Assembly: GCA_036149055.1 (NCBI GenBank)
Contig: JAYZQJ010000089.1
Coordinates: 1 to 64,000, forward strand
Origin: Myxococcota bacterium
GTDB taxonomy: Bacteria > Myxococcota_A > Polyangia > Polyangiales > Sandaracinaceae
Reading direction: 5' to 3'
DNA length: 64,000 nt
The translations under genes and the position numbers were made by a program. The notes beneath the pieces were generated by a model. The model was not told where the DNA came from and made no database searches. It saw only the letters and a list, made by a program, of their open reading frames with translations. Of the stretch, positions 1-8,420 are shown one piece after another. Every line of letters begins with the position of its first letter. Within the stretch, counting starts at the first letter, position 1.

Positions 1-1025
1 GCGTCGTCGTGCGCGCGGCCGCCGGGCCCCGCCTCGGCGAGGCAGGCGGCGAGCTTCTGCATCCGCTCGCCCTCTTCCAAGAGCAGGCGCGCGGCTTCGC
101 GCGGCACGCCGAGGAACCAGCGCAGCACGCCCGGGCGCCCGGGCTCGACGGTCCAGACCGCCGGGGTGAGGCCGATCCGCTCGGCGCTCTCGAAGAGCGC
201 GCCCGCGACCTGCCCGCGACCGCCGCGCGCCGCCGCGCCGGTCATGCCGCCCACGAGCAGATCGCGCTCCGCCGCGAAGCGCGAGGGCAGCGGGTGGGCG
301 CCGAGCGCGTCGAGGGCGGCCCGGGACGCGTCCCAGCGCTCCGCCTGGGCGTGCCCGACCGCCTCGAGCCAGCGCGACGCCGGCGCGGTCAGCGGGCGCT
401 GCGCGGCCTGGGCGTCGCCGCCGGCGAGGGCGAGCTCCCAGTCGACGAGCGGCCACCAGGCGGGGGGCGCGGAGCGGGCGAGCGCGCCGAAGATCCGGGT
501 GGCGGCGTGCAGGTTCTGGGTCTCGCGCCGGGTCCGCCCGAGCAGCCAGTAGGCGAGGTACTCGAGGCCGCGCAGCCCCTCGGCGTAGGCGGCGCGGGAG
601 GCGCGGCGGGCGTGCTGGGTGGCCGCGTCGAGGGCGCCGTCGGTCAGCGCGGCGAGCCCGCGCACGCACATCTGGGTGACCCGGAGCGCGGCGTCCTCCC
701 CGTCGAGCGCGGGCGGCGGGGCGATCGGCGCGCCTCGGGCGAAGGCGCTCAGGGCGGCGGCGCATCCCGCCCAACCCGCTCCATCGTCCTCTCGGTCCGA
801 AGCGGGAGGCGGCTCGACGGCGCCCAGGCTCGCGAGGTGGCGGAGCGCCCTCAGCACCTCGACCTGCGGGCCCCGAGCGCTCGCCACGTCGCCGGGGCCG
901 TCCCACGCGTAGAGCCGCGCCGCCTCGCCGAGCGCCGCGCGTCGCGCCGGATCGGTCCCGGCGCGCGCGGTCGCTTCGTCGCGGTCGCCGGCGTGCAGCG
1001 CGCGGATCCAGAGGGCGTCGTCCAT
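1..1025 (-). CDS. Hypothetical helical protein, partial (runs off the left edge; absent from the ORF track)
   Basis: ATG at 1025 on the minus strand reads MDDALWIRALHAGDRDEATARAG...EGLRGLEYLAYWLLGRTRRE...WWPLVDWELALAGG with GC3-rich codons. It is divergent from the 1061 gene. The plus-strand ORFs here read as Arg/Gly-rich shadows. Confidence 0.7.
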   Translation of the reverse strand, partial: MDDALWIRALHAGDRDEATARAGTDPARRAALGEAARLYAWDGPGDVASARGPQVEVLRALRHLASLGAVEPPPASDREDDGAGWAGCAAALSAFARGAPIAPPPALDGEDAALRVTQMCVRGLAALTDGALDAATQHARRASRAAYAEGLRGLEYLAYWLLGRTRRETQNLHAATRIFGALARSAPPAWWPLVDWELALAGGDAQAAQRPLTAPASRWLEAVGHAQAERWDASRAALDALGAHPLPSRFAAERDLLVGGMTGAAARGGRGQVAGALFESAERIGLTPAVWTVEPGRPGVLRWFLGVPREAARLLLEEGERMQKLAACLAEAGPGGRAHDD

Positions 1026-1060
1026 GGCGTGCGCGATCCCCAGGATGGTACCCTCGCCGC

Positions 1061-2266
1061 ATGCGCGTCTGCACGGGGACGCTGACCGCCGTGGCCCTCG
1101 CGCTCTCGGCCTGCGGCCCGTCTCCCACCCAGGTCGTGGTGCAGCTCGTGGCCGACGAGGCCGTCGCCGCGCCGAGCGCGCGGGTGGCGGTCGAGGTCGT
1201 CAGCCCGGGAGGAGAGCTGACCCGGCGGGTGGCCGAGGTGGGCGCGACCCCCGACCACCGCTGGCCGTTCCAGGTGGTCGTCGTGCCCGCGCGCGCCGAC
1301 TCCGAGCGCTTCCTGGTCACCGCCGAGGTCTTCGACGGGGAGGGCCGCTCGCTCGGGGTGCAGCGGGTGCACACCCGCTTCGTCCGGGGGGCGACGCGGT
1401 ACGTGCGGCTGCGCTTCTCGGCGGCGTGCGCCGACGTGCGCTGCGCCGAGCGAGAGACCTGCGTGGACGGGGCGTGCGCGGCGGCGTGCGTCGAGCCGGT
1501 GCCCGATCCCGACCGGGCGCCGGCGCCGGGCCCGTGCCTGCAGGGGCGCCCCGACCTCGACGCGGGCGGGCCCCCGGACGCGGAGACCGGCGACGGCGGC
1601 GTCGACGGCGGCGTGGACGGGGGGCCGCCGCCCGCGCGCTGCCCGGTCGGCGACGTCGCCACCTTCGACTTCGAGGCCCCGCTCGACGTGCCCCGCTGCC
1701 CGGGCGCGCTGCCCTGCGAGACCTCGCCGACCGGCCGGGTCGAGCGGGCCGAGGAGGGCTCGGCGCTCGCCGCGCCCGCCCCGAGCCCCTGCGGCGGCGC
1801 CGTCCTGCGCGCCTCGGTCTTCGACAGCGCCAGCCCGAACGCGGCCTACGTCGCCGTGTCCGGCGCGCCGCACCTGCGCGCCTGGGTCTGGCTCCCGGCG
1901 GAGGGCGGTGAGCGCGTCGACTCCCCGACCGAGCTGCTCGCGCTCGCGCCCGGGGAGGCCACCCGCGACGTCGCGGCGCCGCGCGTCTCCGTCTGGCTGG
2001 AGGACGGCCGGCTCCGGCTCTCGGCCGACGAGGAGGTCGACCTCGGCGCGGCTCCGCTCGGGCGCTGGATCTGTCTCGGCCTCTCGCTCTCCGGGGGCGC
2101 CGCGGAGGCGGACGTCGAGGGCGCGCGCAGCCGCGCCCCCAGCGGGCTGAGCCTGGCGGAGGGCGGCCACGCGCGGGTCGGCCTCGCGGCGCGGGCGGCG
2201 GGGGAGAACGCGCTCGTCTGGGTCGATCAGGTCACCACCTCCAGCGCGCCCACCCCGTGCCCATGA
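1061..2266 (+). CDS. Myxobacterial-type lipoprotein with Cys-rich segment, Asp-Gly linker and C-terminal LamG/ConA-like beta domain
   Basis: Lipobox LALSAC, Cys cluster (CADVRCAERETCVDGAC), DGGVDGGVDGG linker, beta-rich C-terminus (LGRWICLGL...VWVDQV). ATGA overlap with the kinase. Confidence 0.75.
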   Translation: MRVCTGTLTAVALALSACGPSPTQVVVQLVADEAVAAPSARVAVEVVSPGGELTRRVAEVGATPDHRWPFQVVVVPARADSERFLVTAEVFDGEGRSLGVQRVHTRFVRGATRYVRLRFSAACADVRCAERETCVDGACAAACVEPVPDPDRAPAPGPCLQGRPDLDAGGPPDAETGDGGVDGGVDGGPPPARCPVGDVATFDFEAPLDVPRCPGALPCETSPTGRVERAEEGSALAAPAPSPCGGAVLRASVFDSASPNAAYVAVSGAPHLRAWVWLPAEGGERVDSPTELLALAPGEATRDVAAPRVSVWLEDGRLRLSADEEVDLGAAPLGRWICLGLSLSGGAAEADVEGARSRAPSGLSLAEGGHARVGLAARAAGENALVWVDQVTTSSAPTPCP

Positions 2267-3213
2267 GCGAGGGCTGGGGCGACGAGACGATCGTGCGGAC
2301 CGGGCCGCGCGCCCTGAGGGTCCTCCGCCCCCTGGGCGAGGGCGGCATGGGCGAGGTCACGGTCGGGGCCCGCCGCGAGGGCCGCTTCGAGCGCACCTAC
2401 GCGATCAAGCGCCTCAAGCCGGCGCTCCGCGAGCTGCCCGAGGCGCGGCGCGCGTTCCTCGAGGAGGCCCGGCTGAGCGCGCTGCTCTACCACCCGAACG
2501 TCGTCCGGGTGCACGACGCGGGCGAGGACGACGAGGGGCCCTTCCTGGTCATGGATCTGGTCGAGGGCGTCAGCGCGCTCGAGCTGACCCGCGAGGCCCG
2601 GCGCCGCGAGTGGGAGCTCCCGCTCGAGGTCGGCCTCGAGATCGCGCGGGACGTGGCGCTAGGGCTGCGGGCGGCGCACGAGGCGCGGGACGCCGGCGGC
2701 GCGGAGACGCCCATCCTGCATCGCGACGTCTCCCCGCAGAACGTCTTGATCGGCTACGATGGCATCGCGCGCCTCGCCGACTTCGGCATCGCCCGGGTGC
2801 TCGGCGGCACGTCCCCCCACACCCGCGCGCTCCTCCAGGGCAAGCGCGGCTACATGGCCCCGGAGATCCTGCGCTTCGAGCCCCCGGCGCCCGCCTCGGA
2901 CGTGTTCGCGGCGGGGGTGGTGCTCTACGAGCTGCTGGTCGGCGAGGGCCTCTACCGCGGCCCGGACGTCGAGCGGCAGATCCTCGACGCGCCGCCCCCG
3001 GACCTCCTGGAGGCGCGCCCGGACGCGAGCGACGGGCTCGTGGAGCTGATGCTCCGGATGCTGGCCAAGGACCCCGCGCGTCGCCCCTCCGCGCGCGCCC
3101 TCGTCGATCGGCTCGAGGTCCTGCTCGCCGAGGCCTCGCTCGACGCGCTCGAAGACGAGCCCTGGACGCTGCGCCGCTACGTCCGCGCCCTCCTGCGCGT
3201 CTCCACGCAGTAG
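2263..3213 (+). CDS. Hanks-type Ser/Thr protein kinase, catalytic domain only
   Basis: LGEGGMGEV, YAIKRL, HRDVSPQNVL, DFGIAR, GYMAPE, SDVFAAG. No TM segment or sensory tail. Confidence 0.92.
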   Translation: MSEGWGDETIVRTGPRALRVLRPLGEGGMGEVTVGARREGRFERTYAIKRLKPALRELPEARRAFLEEARLSALLYHPNVVRVHDAGEDDEGPFLVMDLVEGVSALELTREARRREWELPLEVGLEIARDVALGLRAAHEARDAGGAETPILHRDVSPQNVLIGYDGIARLADFGIARVLGGTSPHTRALLQGKRGYMAPEILRFEPPAPASDVFAAGVVLYELLVGEGLYRGPDVERQILDAPPPDLLEARPDASDGLVELMLRMLAKDPARRPSARALVDRLEVLLAEASLDALEDEPWTLRRYVRALLRVSTQ

Positions 3214-3225
3214 GTGGCCGAAGAT

Positions 3226-4152
3226 TCACCAGGTCAGCGCGGAGATGATGCCGAAGACGGGCTCCTCGAGGGGGCCGTCGTCCTGGCTCGCCGCGACCCC
3301 GATGGCCACCGCGGCGCCGGTCAGGGCGAGCGCGGCCGCGCCGACGAGGATCCCGATCAGCACGCCGTCCGCGCCGCCCGGGGTCAGGTCGACGTCGGCG
3401 AGCGCGCCGGGCGACACGCTCACCGACCGGCGGGAGCCGGGGAGGGCGACGAGGCCGACCTCGTACACGCCCGCCGGGAGGTCGTGCTCGAGCGGGCTCG
3501 GGCCCTCGGTCACCCCGACGATCTCCACCCGCTCGCCGTCCTCCGGCGCCCGCACGCGCAGGGTGCCGATGTCGCGGTCGTCGAAACGCACCCGGAGCGC
3601 GTTCTCCACCCCGGCCTCCGCCCGGACGAGCAGCCGGCGCGGCCTCTGCCCGGGCGCGCCGACGTGCACGACGTGGTGGCCGGGCGTCAGCGCGATGCGC
3701 GCCTCGTCCCCGCCGACCGCGCGGGTCTCCTCCGCGTCGTCCACTCGCACCCACGCCTCGGGCGCGCCCTCGACCCGCAGCGTGACCAGCCCGACGCGCG
3801 CCCGCACCGCGGCGTAGACCTCCCGGGCCTCCGTGGCCTCGGTCGGCCCGAGCGCGCCGAGCTCGCCGCGCAGGATCCGGTCGAGCAGATCGGCCGCGTC
3901 GCGGTCTCGCCCCACCGCCTCGTACGCGATCGCGAGGTTGTAGGCGGTGGCGAGGTAGGGCAGCTCGGCGAGTGACGCCTCGAACGCGGCCACCGCCGCC
4001 TCCGGTCGCCCGGCCTCCATCGCGGCGATGCCCCGCTCGAAGTCGGCGCGGGCGCTCGCCACCCCGCCGTCTGCCATCGCGTCGTCGCTCGGCGCCTGCG
4101 CGGCGACCGAGGCCGGGAGGAGCAGCGCGAGGATCCAGGCGAGTGCGCGCAC
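3226..4152 (-). CDS. TPR + PEGA-like domain exported/membrane protein
   Basis: Signal peptide, TPR-like helices (ARADFERG...TAYNLAIAYEAVG), two PEGA-like beta repeats, C-terminal hydrophobic segment. Confidence 0.8.
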   Translation of the reverse strand: MRALAWILALLLPASVAAQAPSDDAMADGGVASARADFERGIAAMEAGRPEAAVAAFEASLAELPYLATAYNLAIAYEAVGRDRDAADLLDRILRGELGALGPTEATEAREVYAAVRARVGLVTLRVEGAPEAWVRVDDAEETRAVGGDEARIALTPGHHVVHVGAPGQRPRRLLVRAEAGVENALRVRFDDRDIGTLRVRAPEDGERVEIVGVTEGPSPLEHDLPAGVYEVGLVALPGSRRSVSVSPGALADVDLTPGGADGVLIGILVGAAALALTGAAVAIGVAASQDDGPLEEPVFGIISALTW

Positions 4153-4271
4153 CCCCGGAGGGTCTCACATCCGCGGCGGCCGGCCGACGGAAGACGACGG
4201 GCGCAGCGAGGTCCGCCGCGCCCGTCAGGCCTGGTTCGACGCGCGGGAGGAGCTAGCCCCTCCCGACGCGC

Positions 4272-4856
4272 TCACAACGTCGCTTCGCACACGAAGTTCA
4301 GGTAGTCGGCGTCGCAGTCGAGGTCGTTCCAGTCGCCGGCGTCCATGCCCGAGAGGTGCACGCAGTCCTCGCCCTGGCTGGGGTTGCTGGCGTTGTCGTC
4401 GGGCTGGCTCTCCGCCCACGGCGCGTAGTCCCCGAGGGGGCTGCCGTCGGCCCACACGAAGGTGCCCTCCGTGTCCTGGTCGCTCAGGCCGATCCACCAG
4501 TCACCCTCGGCGTCCTCGTGGTCCACCGCGGTGTCCCACACCCACTGGTGCTCGGCGGCGGTCTCGATCGAGGCGAGGCGGTAGCCCATGCGCCCGCAGG
4601 TCTCGGCCGCGTTCTCCTGGGTCGAGGCGGCCACGCAGAACAGGTAGTAGGACGAGCCGTTCATCGCCTCGAGGCAGGGGCACCAGCCGGTCTCGTCGGC
4701 GCAGTTGATCGCGAGATCGCCGTCTCCGATCAGCCCGCCGTCGTCGGGGATCGGCACGGCCGTGTCGCGTCGGGTGGACGCGCCGGCGTCCGCTCCGCCG
4801 TTCGAGTTGCAAGCCAAAGCCAGGGTCGCCGCGAGGCACATCATCGAGGTCCGCAT
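4272..4856 (-). CDS. C-type lectin domain lipoprotein
   Basis: Start reassigned to ATG 4856, which has a GGAGG SD upstream. Lipobox LALAC. CTLD motifs LASI, WWIGLSD, FVWADG, QPD, EDC, WNDLDC, FVCE. Confidence 0.88.
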   Translation of the reverse strand: MRTSMMCLAATLALACNSNGGADAGASTRRDTAVPIPDDGGLIGDGDLAINCADETGWCPCLEAMNGSSYYLFCVAASTQENAAETCGRMGYRLASIETAAEHQWVWDTAVDHEDAEGDWWIGLSDQDTEGTFVWADGSPLGDYAPWAESQPDDNASNPSQGEDCVHLSGMDAGDWNDLDCDADYLNFVCEATL

Positions 4857-5135
4857 CAGTCTTTTCCTCCTCCGTGCCCCGGACTCTTGGCAAAGCCCGT
4901 ACCGCTCCGGATCCAGCACGTCCCCGACCGTGCGCGTGGCACCTGTGTCGCGGCCGGATGCCACAGGCGCGCTCGCCTGAGACGCAGATGGGGGCGGAAG
5001 AGGCGTCTGGGACCCGTCGCGGACGCTCTGCCGGGGGGAGCGCACGATGGTCGATCCGCGCAACGCTTGCGTGGGCGCCGTCCCGCCCCGATCGAGCGCA
5101 TCGACGGCGGCCCGGAGTGATAGGCTCCCCCGGCC

Positions 5136-5726
5136 TTGGGTAGGAAGAGCAAGGAGGAGCGGCGGCGGGAGCTGCTGGACGCCGCGCGAGACGTCTTCGT
5201 CCAGAAGGGCTTCCAGGCGGCGACCATCGACGACATCGCCCTCGAGGCGTCGGTCGCGCGCGGCACCTTCTACCTCTACTTCGACGACAAGCGGGCGGTG
5301 TTCGAGGCGCTGGTCGACCGCTTCCTCGTGGCGATCGGCCAGTGCGTCAAGAGCATCGAGCTCGGGCCGGACGCGCCGCCGCCGGTGGATCAGCTCCGGG
5401 CGAACATCCGGCGGGTCGTCGAGCAGTGCCTCGCCGAGCCCACCATCGTGAAGCTCGCCCTCTTCGACGCGACCGGCCTCGATCCGGACCTCGACGAGAA
5501 GCTGCACGGCTTCTACGAGGGGCTCCGCACCCTCATCGACGAGAGCCTGCAGCAGGGGCAGGAGCTGGGCATGGTGCGGCCCGGCGACCGGCGGGTGATG
5601 GTCGCGGTCGGGCTGGGCGGCCTCAAGGAGGTCCTGGTCGACGCGGTCGAGGGGCGCATCGCGGCCGACGCCGACGCGCTGACCGAGGAGATCATGCGCT
5701 TCCTCGCGGGGGGCCTGCTGGCCTGA
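5136..5726 (+). CDS. TetR/AcrR family transcriptional regulator
   Basis: HTH LLDAARDVFVQKGFQAATIDDIA...RGTFYLYFDDK. TTG start. Confidence 0.93.
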   Translation: MGRKSKEERRRELLDAARDVFVQKGFQAATIDDIALEASVARGTFYLYFDDKRAVFEALVDRFLVAIGQCVKSIELGPDAPPPVDQLRANIRRVVEQCLAEPTIVKLALFDATGLDPDLDEKLHGFYEGLRTLIDESLQQGQELGMVRPGDRRVMVAVGLGGLKEVLVDAVEGRIAADADALTEEIMRFLAGGLLA

Positions 5727-5731
5727 CGCGC

Positions 5732-6598
5732 ATGACCGGCCCGATCCTCGAGATGCGCAGCCTCGAGAAGCGCTACGGCCGGGTCCGGGCGCTCGAGGGG
5801 CTGAGCCTCTCGGTCGCGCCGGGCGAGGTTTACGGCTTCCTCGGCCGCAACGGCGCCGGCAAGTCGACCGCGATCCGCATCCTGATGGGCATCACCCGGC
5901 CCTCGGGCGGCGAGGTGCGGCTCTTCGGCGAGAGCACCCGCGGCGCCCCGGTGCGGCTGCGGCAGCGCATCGGCTACGTCGCGCAGGAGCAGGCCTTCTA
6001 CCCGTGGATGAGCGCGCGCCGGCTCGGCCGCTTCGTCGGCGGCTTCTACCCGACCTGGGATCAGGCCGCGTTCGAGCAGCTCTGTCTGGAGCAGGGGCTG
6101 CCGCTCGATCGCGCGGCGGGTGGCTTCTCCGGCGGCATGAAGATGAAGCTCGCGCTGGCGCTGGCCCTCGGGCATCGGCCGCCGCTCCTCGTGCTCGACG
6201 AGCCCACGGCCGGCCTCGACCCGGTGGCGCGGCGGGAGCTGCTCGAGCGGGTGCGAGAGGACGCCGAGCGCACCGGGCGGACCACGTTCTTCTCGACCCA
6301 CCTGATCGACGAGGTGGAGCTGGTCGCCGATCGCGTCTGCATCGTCGACGACGGCAAGGCCCGCTACGAAGGCGCGATCGCGGATCTGTCGGCGCGGGTC
6401 CGCTGCTGGCGCGGCGTCGAGCCGCCGCCGATCCTGCTCGCGCCGCCGCCGGGGATCCGGGTGCTCGGCGATCGCACCTTCCGGGGGGAGCGGCGGATCA
6501 CCCTCGAGGCCGCGGACGCGGACTGGTCGCCGCTGGGCGGGGTGGCGCTGGAGGCGATGCCGCTCGAGGAGACGTTCATCGAGATGGTCCGGAGCTGA
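5732..6598 (+). CDS. ABC-2/DrrA-type transporter ATP-binding protein
   Basis: Start ATG 5732. Walker A GRNGAGKST, signature FSGGM, Walker B LLVLDEPTAGLDP, H-loop STH. Confidence 0.95.
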   Translation: MTGPILEMRSLEKRYGRVRALEGLSLSVAPGEVYGFLGRNGAGKSTAIRILMGITRPSGGEVRLFGESTRGAPVRLRQRIGYVAQEQAFYPWMSARRLGRFVGGFYPTWDQAAFEQLCLEQGLPLDRAAGGFSGGMKMKLALALALGHRPPLLVLDEPTAGLDPVARRELLERVREDAERTGRTTFFSTHLIDEVELVADRVCIVDDGKARYEGAIADLSARVRCWRGVEPPPILLAPPPGIRVLGDRTFRGERRITLEAADADWSPLGGVALEAMPLEETFIEMVRS

Positions 6599-6602
6599 CC
6601 CC

Positions 6603-8420
6603 GTGGACCGCGTGCTGACGCTGCTCGAGAAGGAGCTGTGGGAGCACGGGCTCGCGCTCGGGGCGGTGCTCGTCTTCCTCGGCGGCATCGCGGGCCTGCT
6701 CCTCCTCGGCACCGCGGTCGGGCCGCAGACCATCACCGTGCTCGACGCGCACGCGAGCTTCGTGCGCATCTTCCTGCCGCTCTTCGGCCTCGCCCTCGGC
6801 CACCGGCTCGTCGCCCGCGAGTACGGCGCGCCGACCCACCGCTTCCTGGCCTCGCTCCCGATCCATCGCTGGGAGATCCTGGTCACGAAGTACGCGCTGG
6901 GCCTCGCGCTCGTGGGGCTCGCCGCCGGCGGGTCGCTGGTGATCACCGCGGCGGTGGCCGCGATCCGGGAGCCGCTGACCGGGCGGTGGATCTCGCTGGT
7001 GATGTTGCGCACCGAGGTCTTCGCGGTCGCGCTCTGGAGCTTCTTCTTCGCCATGGGCCTCGTCGGCCGCTGGCGCTTCCCCATCTATCTCGGGCTCGCG
7101 ATCGCGCTGACCTTCGTCGGCACCTCGACCGACGTCGCGCTCCGGCGGTTCTGGCCCTTCGCGCTCGTGGGCGACACCTTCGTGCTCGAGCGGCTCACCG
7201 CGCCGTGGGGCGCGCTGGGCGGCGCGACGGCGATCGCGCTCGGGCTGTTCGCGGTGGGCATGCTGCTCGGCGCCGGGCGGGAGGGGCGGCTGCAGGAGGC
7301 GCTCTCCACCCGGATGACCCTCCGGCAGAAGGCGGGCGTGGCCGTGGGCTTCGCGCTCGCCCTCGTGCTGCTCGACGTGCTCGACCTCGAGCGGCCGCCC
7401 GACCCGTTCGCCTTCGAGAGCGCGACGGTGGCGCGCCAGGGGCGGGTGTCGGTGCTGCACGAGCCGGGCGGCGAGGCGCGCGCGACGGCGCTGGCGGCGC
7501 GGCTGGAGGAGGACCTCGCCCGGGCGGAGGCGTGGCTCGACCTGCCCCTCGGCCCGGTCTTCGTCGCGCCGCGCCTCGATCTGGGACCGGCCGAGATGGA
7601 GCACGAGCCGCTCGACGAGGACGAGCCGGCGGTCCTCGTGCGCGCCGCGCACCCGAGCCCCGAGCTGGAGGAGCGCTCGCTGCGGGCCTTCGCCCTCGCG
7701 CGCGCCATCGAGAAGGCGACCGAGGGGAGGGCGCGCCACGAGCCGCGGCGGTGGGTGCTGGTCGGCCTGAGCCATCACCTCGTCGGCGCCGATCCGGCCT
7801 GGTCCCGGCGCGCGGCGTGGCTCGGGCGCCGCCGCGCGCCCCGCTACGACACGCTCCGGCAGCGCGAGCGGCTCGAGGAGCGCTTCGGCGAGAACGCGGC
7901 CGACGCCTGGGCCTGGCTCGCGTTCGACGCGCTGGCGGCGGAGCTCCCGGAGGATGAGTTGCGTTCGTTCACGCGTGAGCTGCTGGCGCCGCCGGGGCTG
8001 GTGCTGCTCGACGTCATCGCCTTCCGCGTGTCGCCGGTCGAGGCGCGCCTCGCCGACGCGGGGATCGACGTCGCGTCGCTCGAGGCCGCCTGGGCCGCGC
8101 GCCTGCGGCCGCTCCGCGCCGAGGTCACCCGCGCCCACGCCGAGGTCGCGATCGCGCAGGACGGCTCGCTGCGCGGGCTCCGAGCCGCGGTGACCGGCGT
8201 CGACGGGGACACCTGCGCGCTGCTGCACGCCGGCCTCGGCCCCTTCGACGTGCCGCTCGAGCGCGAGGCGTGGAGCCGGGAGGAGGCCCCCTGCGAGGCG
8301 CTCGACGCGCGGGTCGTGCTCGGGCGCTACGGCCCGGGCGACCGGGTGTTCGTCGCGGTCGAGCGGGCCGCGCTCGGCGGCTGGCTGCGGCTCGCGGCGA
8401 GCCGGAGGACCGTGCGGTGA
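6603..8420 (+). CDS. ABC-2 type permease fused to an extracytoplasmic, apparently inactive peptidase-like domain
   Basis: LLEKELWE start, ~7 TM segments, REYGAPTHRFLASLPI permease motif. The soluble C-terminal half parallels the next gene but has no HExxH. Confidence 0.75.
   Translation: MDRVLTLLEKELWEHGLALGAVLVFLGGIAGLLLLGTAVGPQTITVLDAHASFVRIFLPLFGLALGHRLVAREYGAPTHRFLASLPIHRWEILVTKYALGLALVGLAAGGSLVITAAVAAIREPLTGRWISLVMLRTEVFAVALWSFFFAMGLVGRWRFPIYLGLAIALTFVGTSTDVALRRFWPFALVGDTFVLERLTAPWGALGGATAIALGLFAVGMLLGAGREGRLQEALSTRMTLRQKAGVAVGFALALVLLDVLDLERPPDPFAFESATVARQGRVSVLHEPGGEARATALAARLEEDLARAEAWLDLPLGPVFVAPRLDLGPAEMEHEPLDEDEPAVLVRAAHPSPELEERSLRAFALARAIEKATEGRARHEPRRWVLVGLSHHLVGADPAWSRRAAWLGRRRAPRYDTLRQRERLEERFGENAADAWAWLAFDALAAELPEDELRSFTRELLAPPGLVLLDVIAFRVSPVEARLADAGIDVASLEAAWAARLRPLRAEVTRAHAEVAIAQDGSLRGLRAAVTGVDGDTCALLHAGLGPFDVPLEREAWSREEAPCEALDARVVLGRYGPGDRVFVAVERAALGGWLRLAASRRTVR

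Noticed and set aside
4196..4265. Two GC hairpins between the lectin and PEGA genes (similar one at 10330-10351)
   Set aside because: Short stems without U-tracts; plausible terminators but not distinguishable from chance.
4937..4951. Sigma54-like TGGCAC-N5-TCGC
   Set aside because: One mismatch, likely by chance in high-GC DNA; TetR has a better proximal extended -10, and no enhancer-binding protein is nearby.
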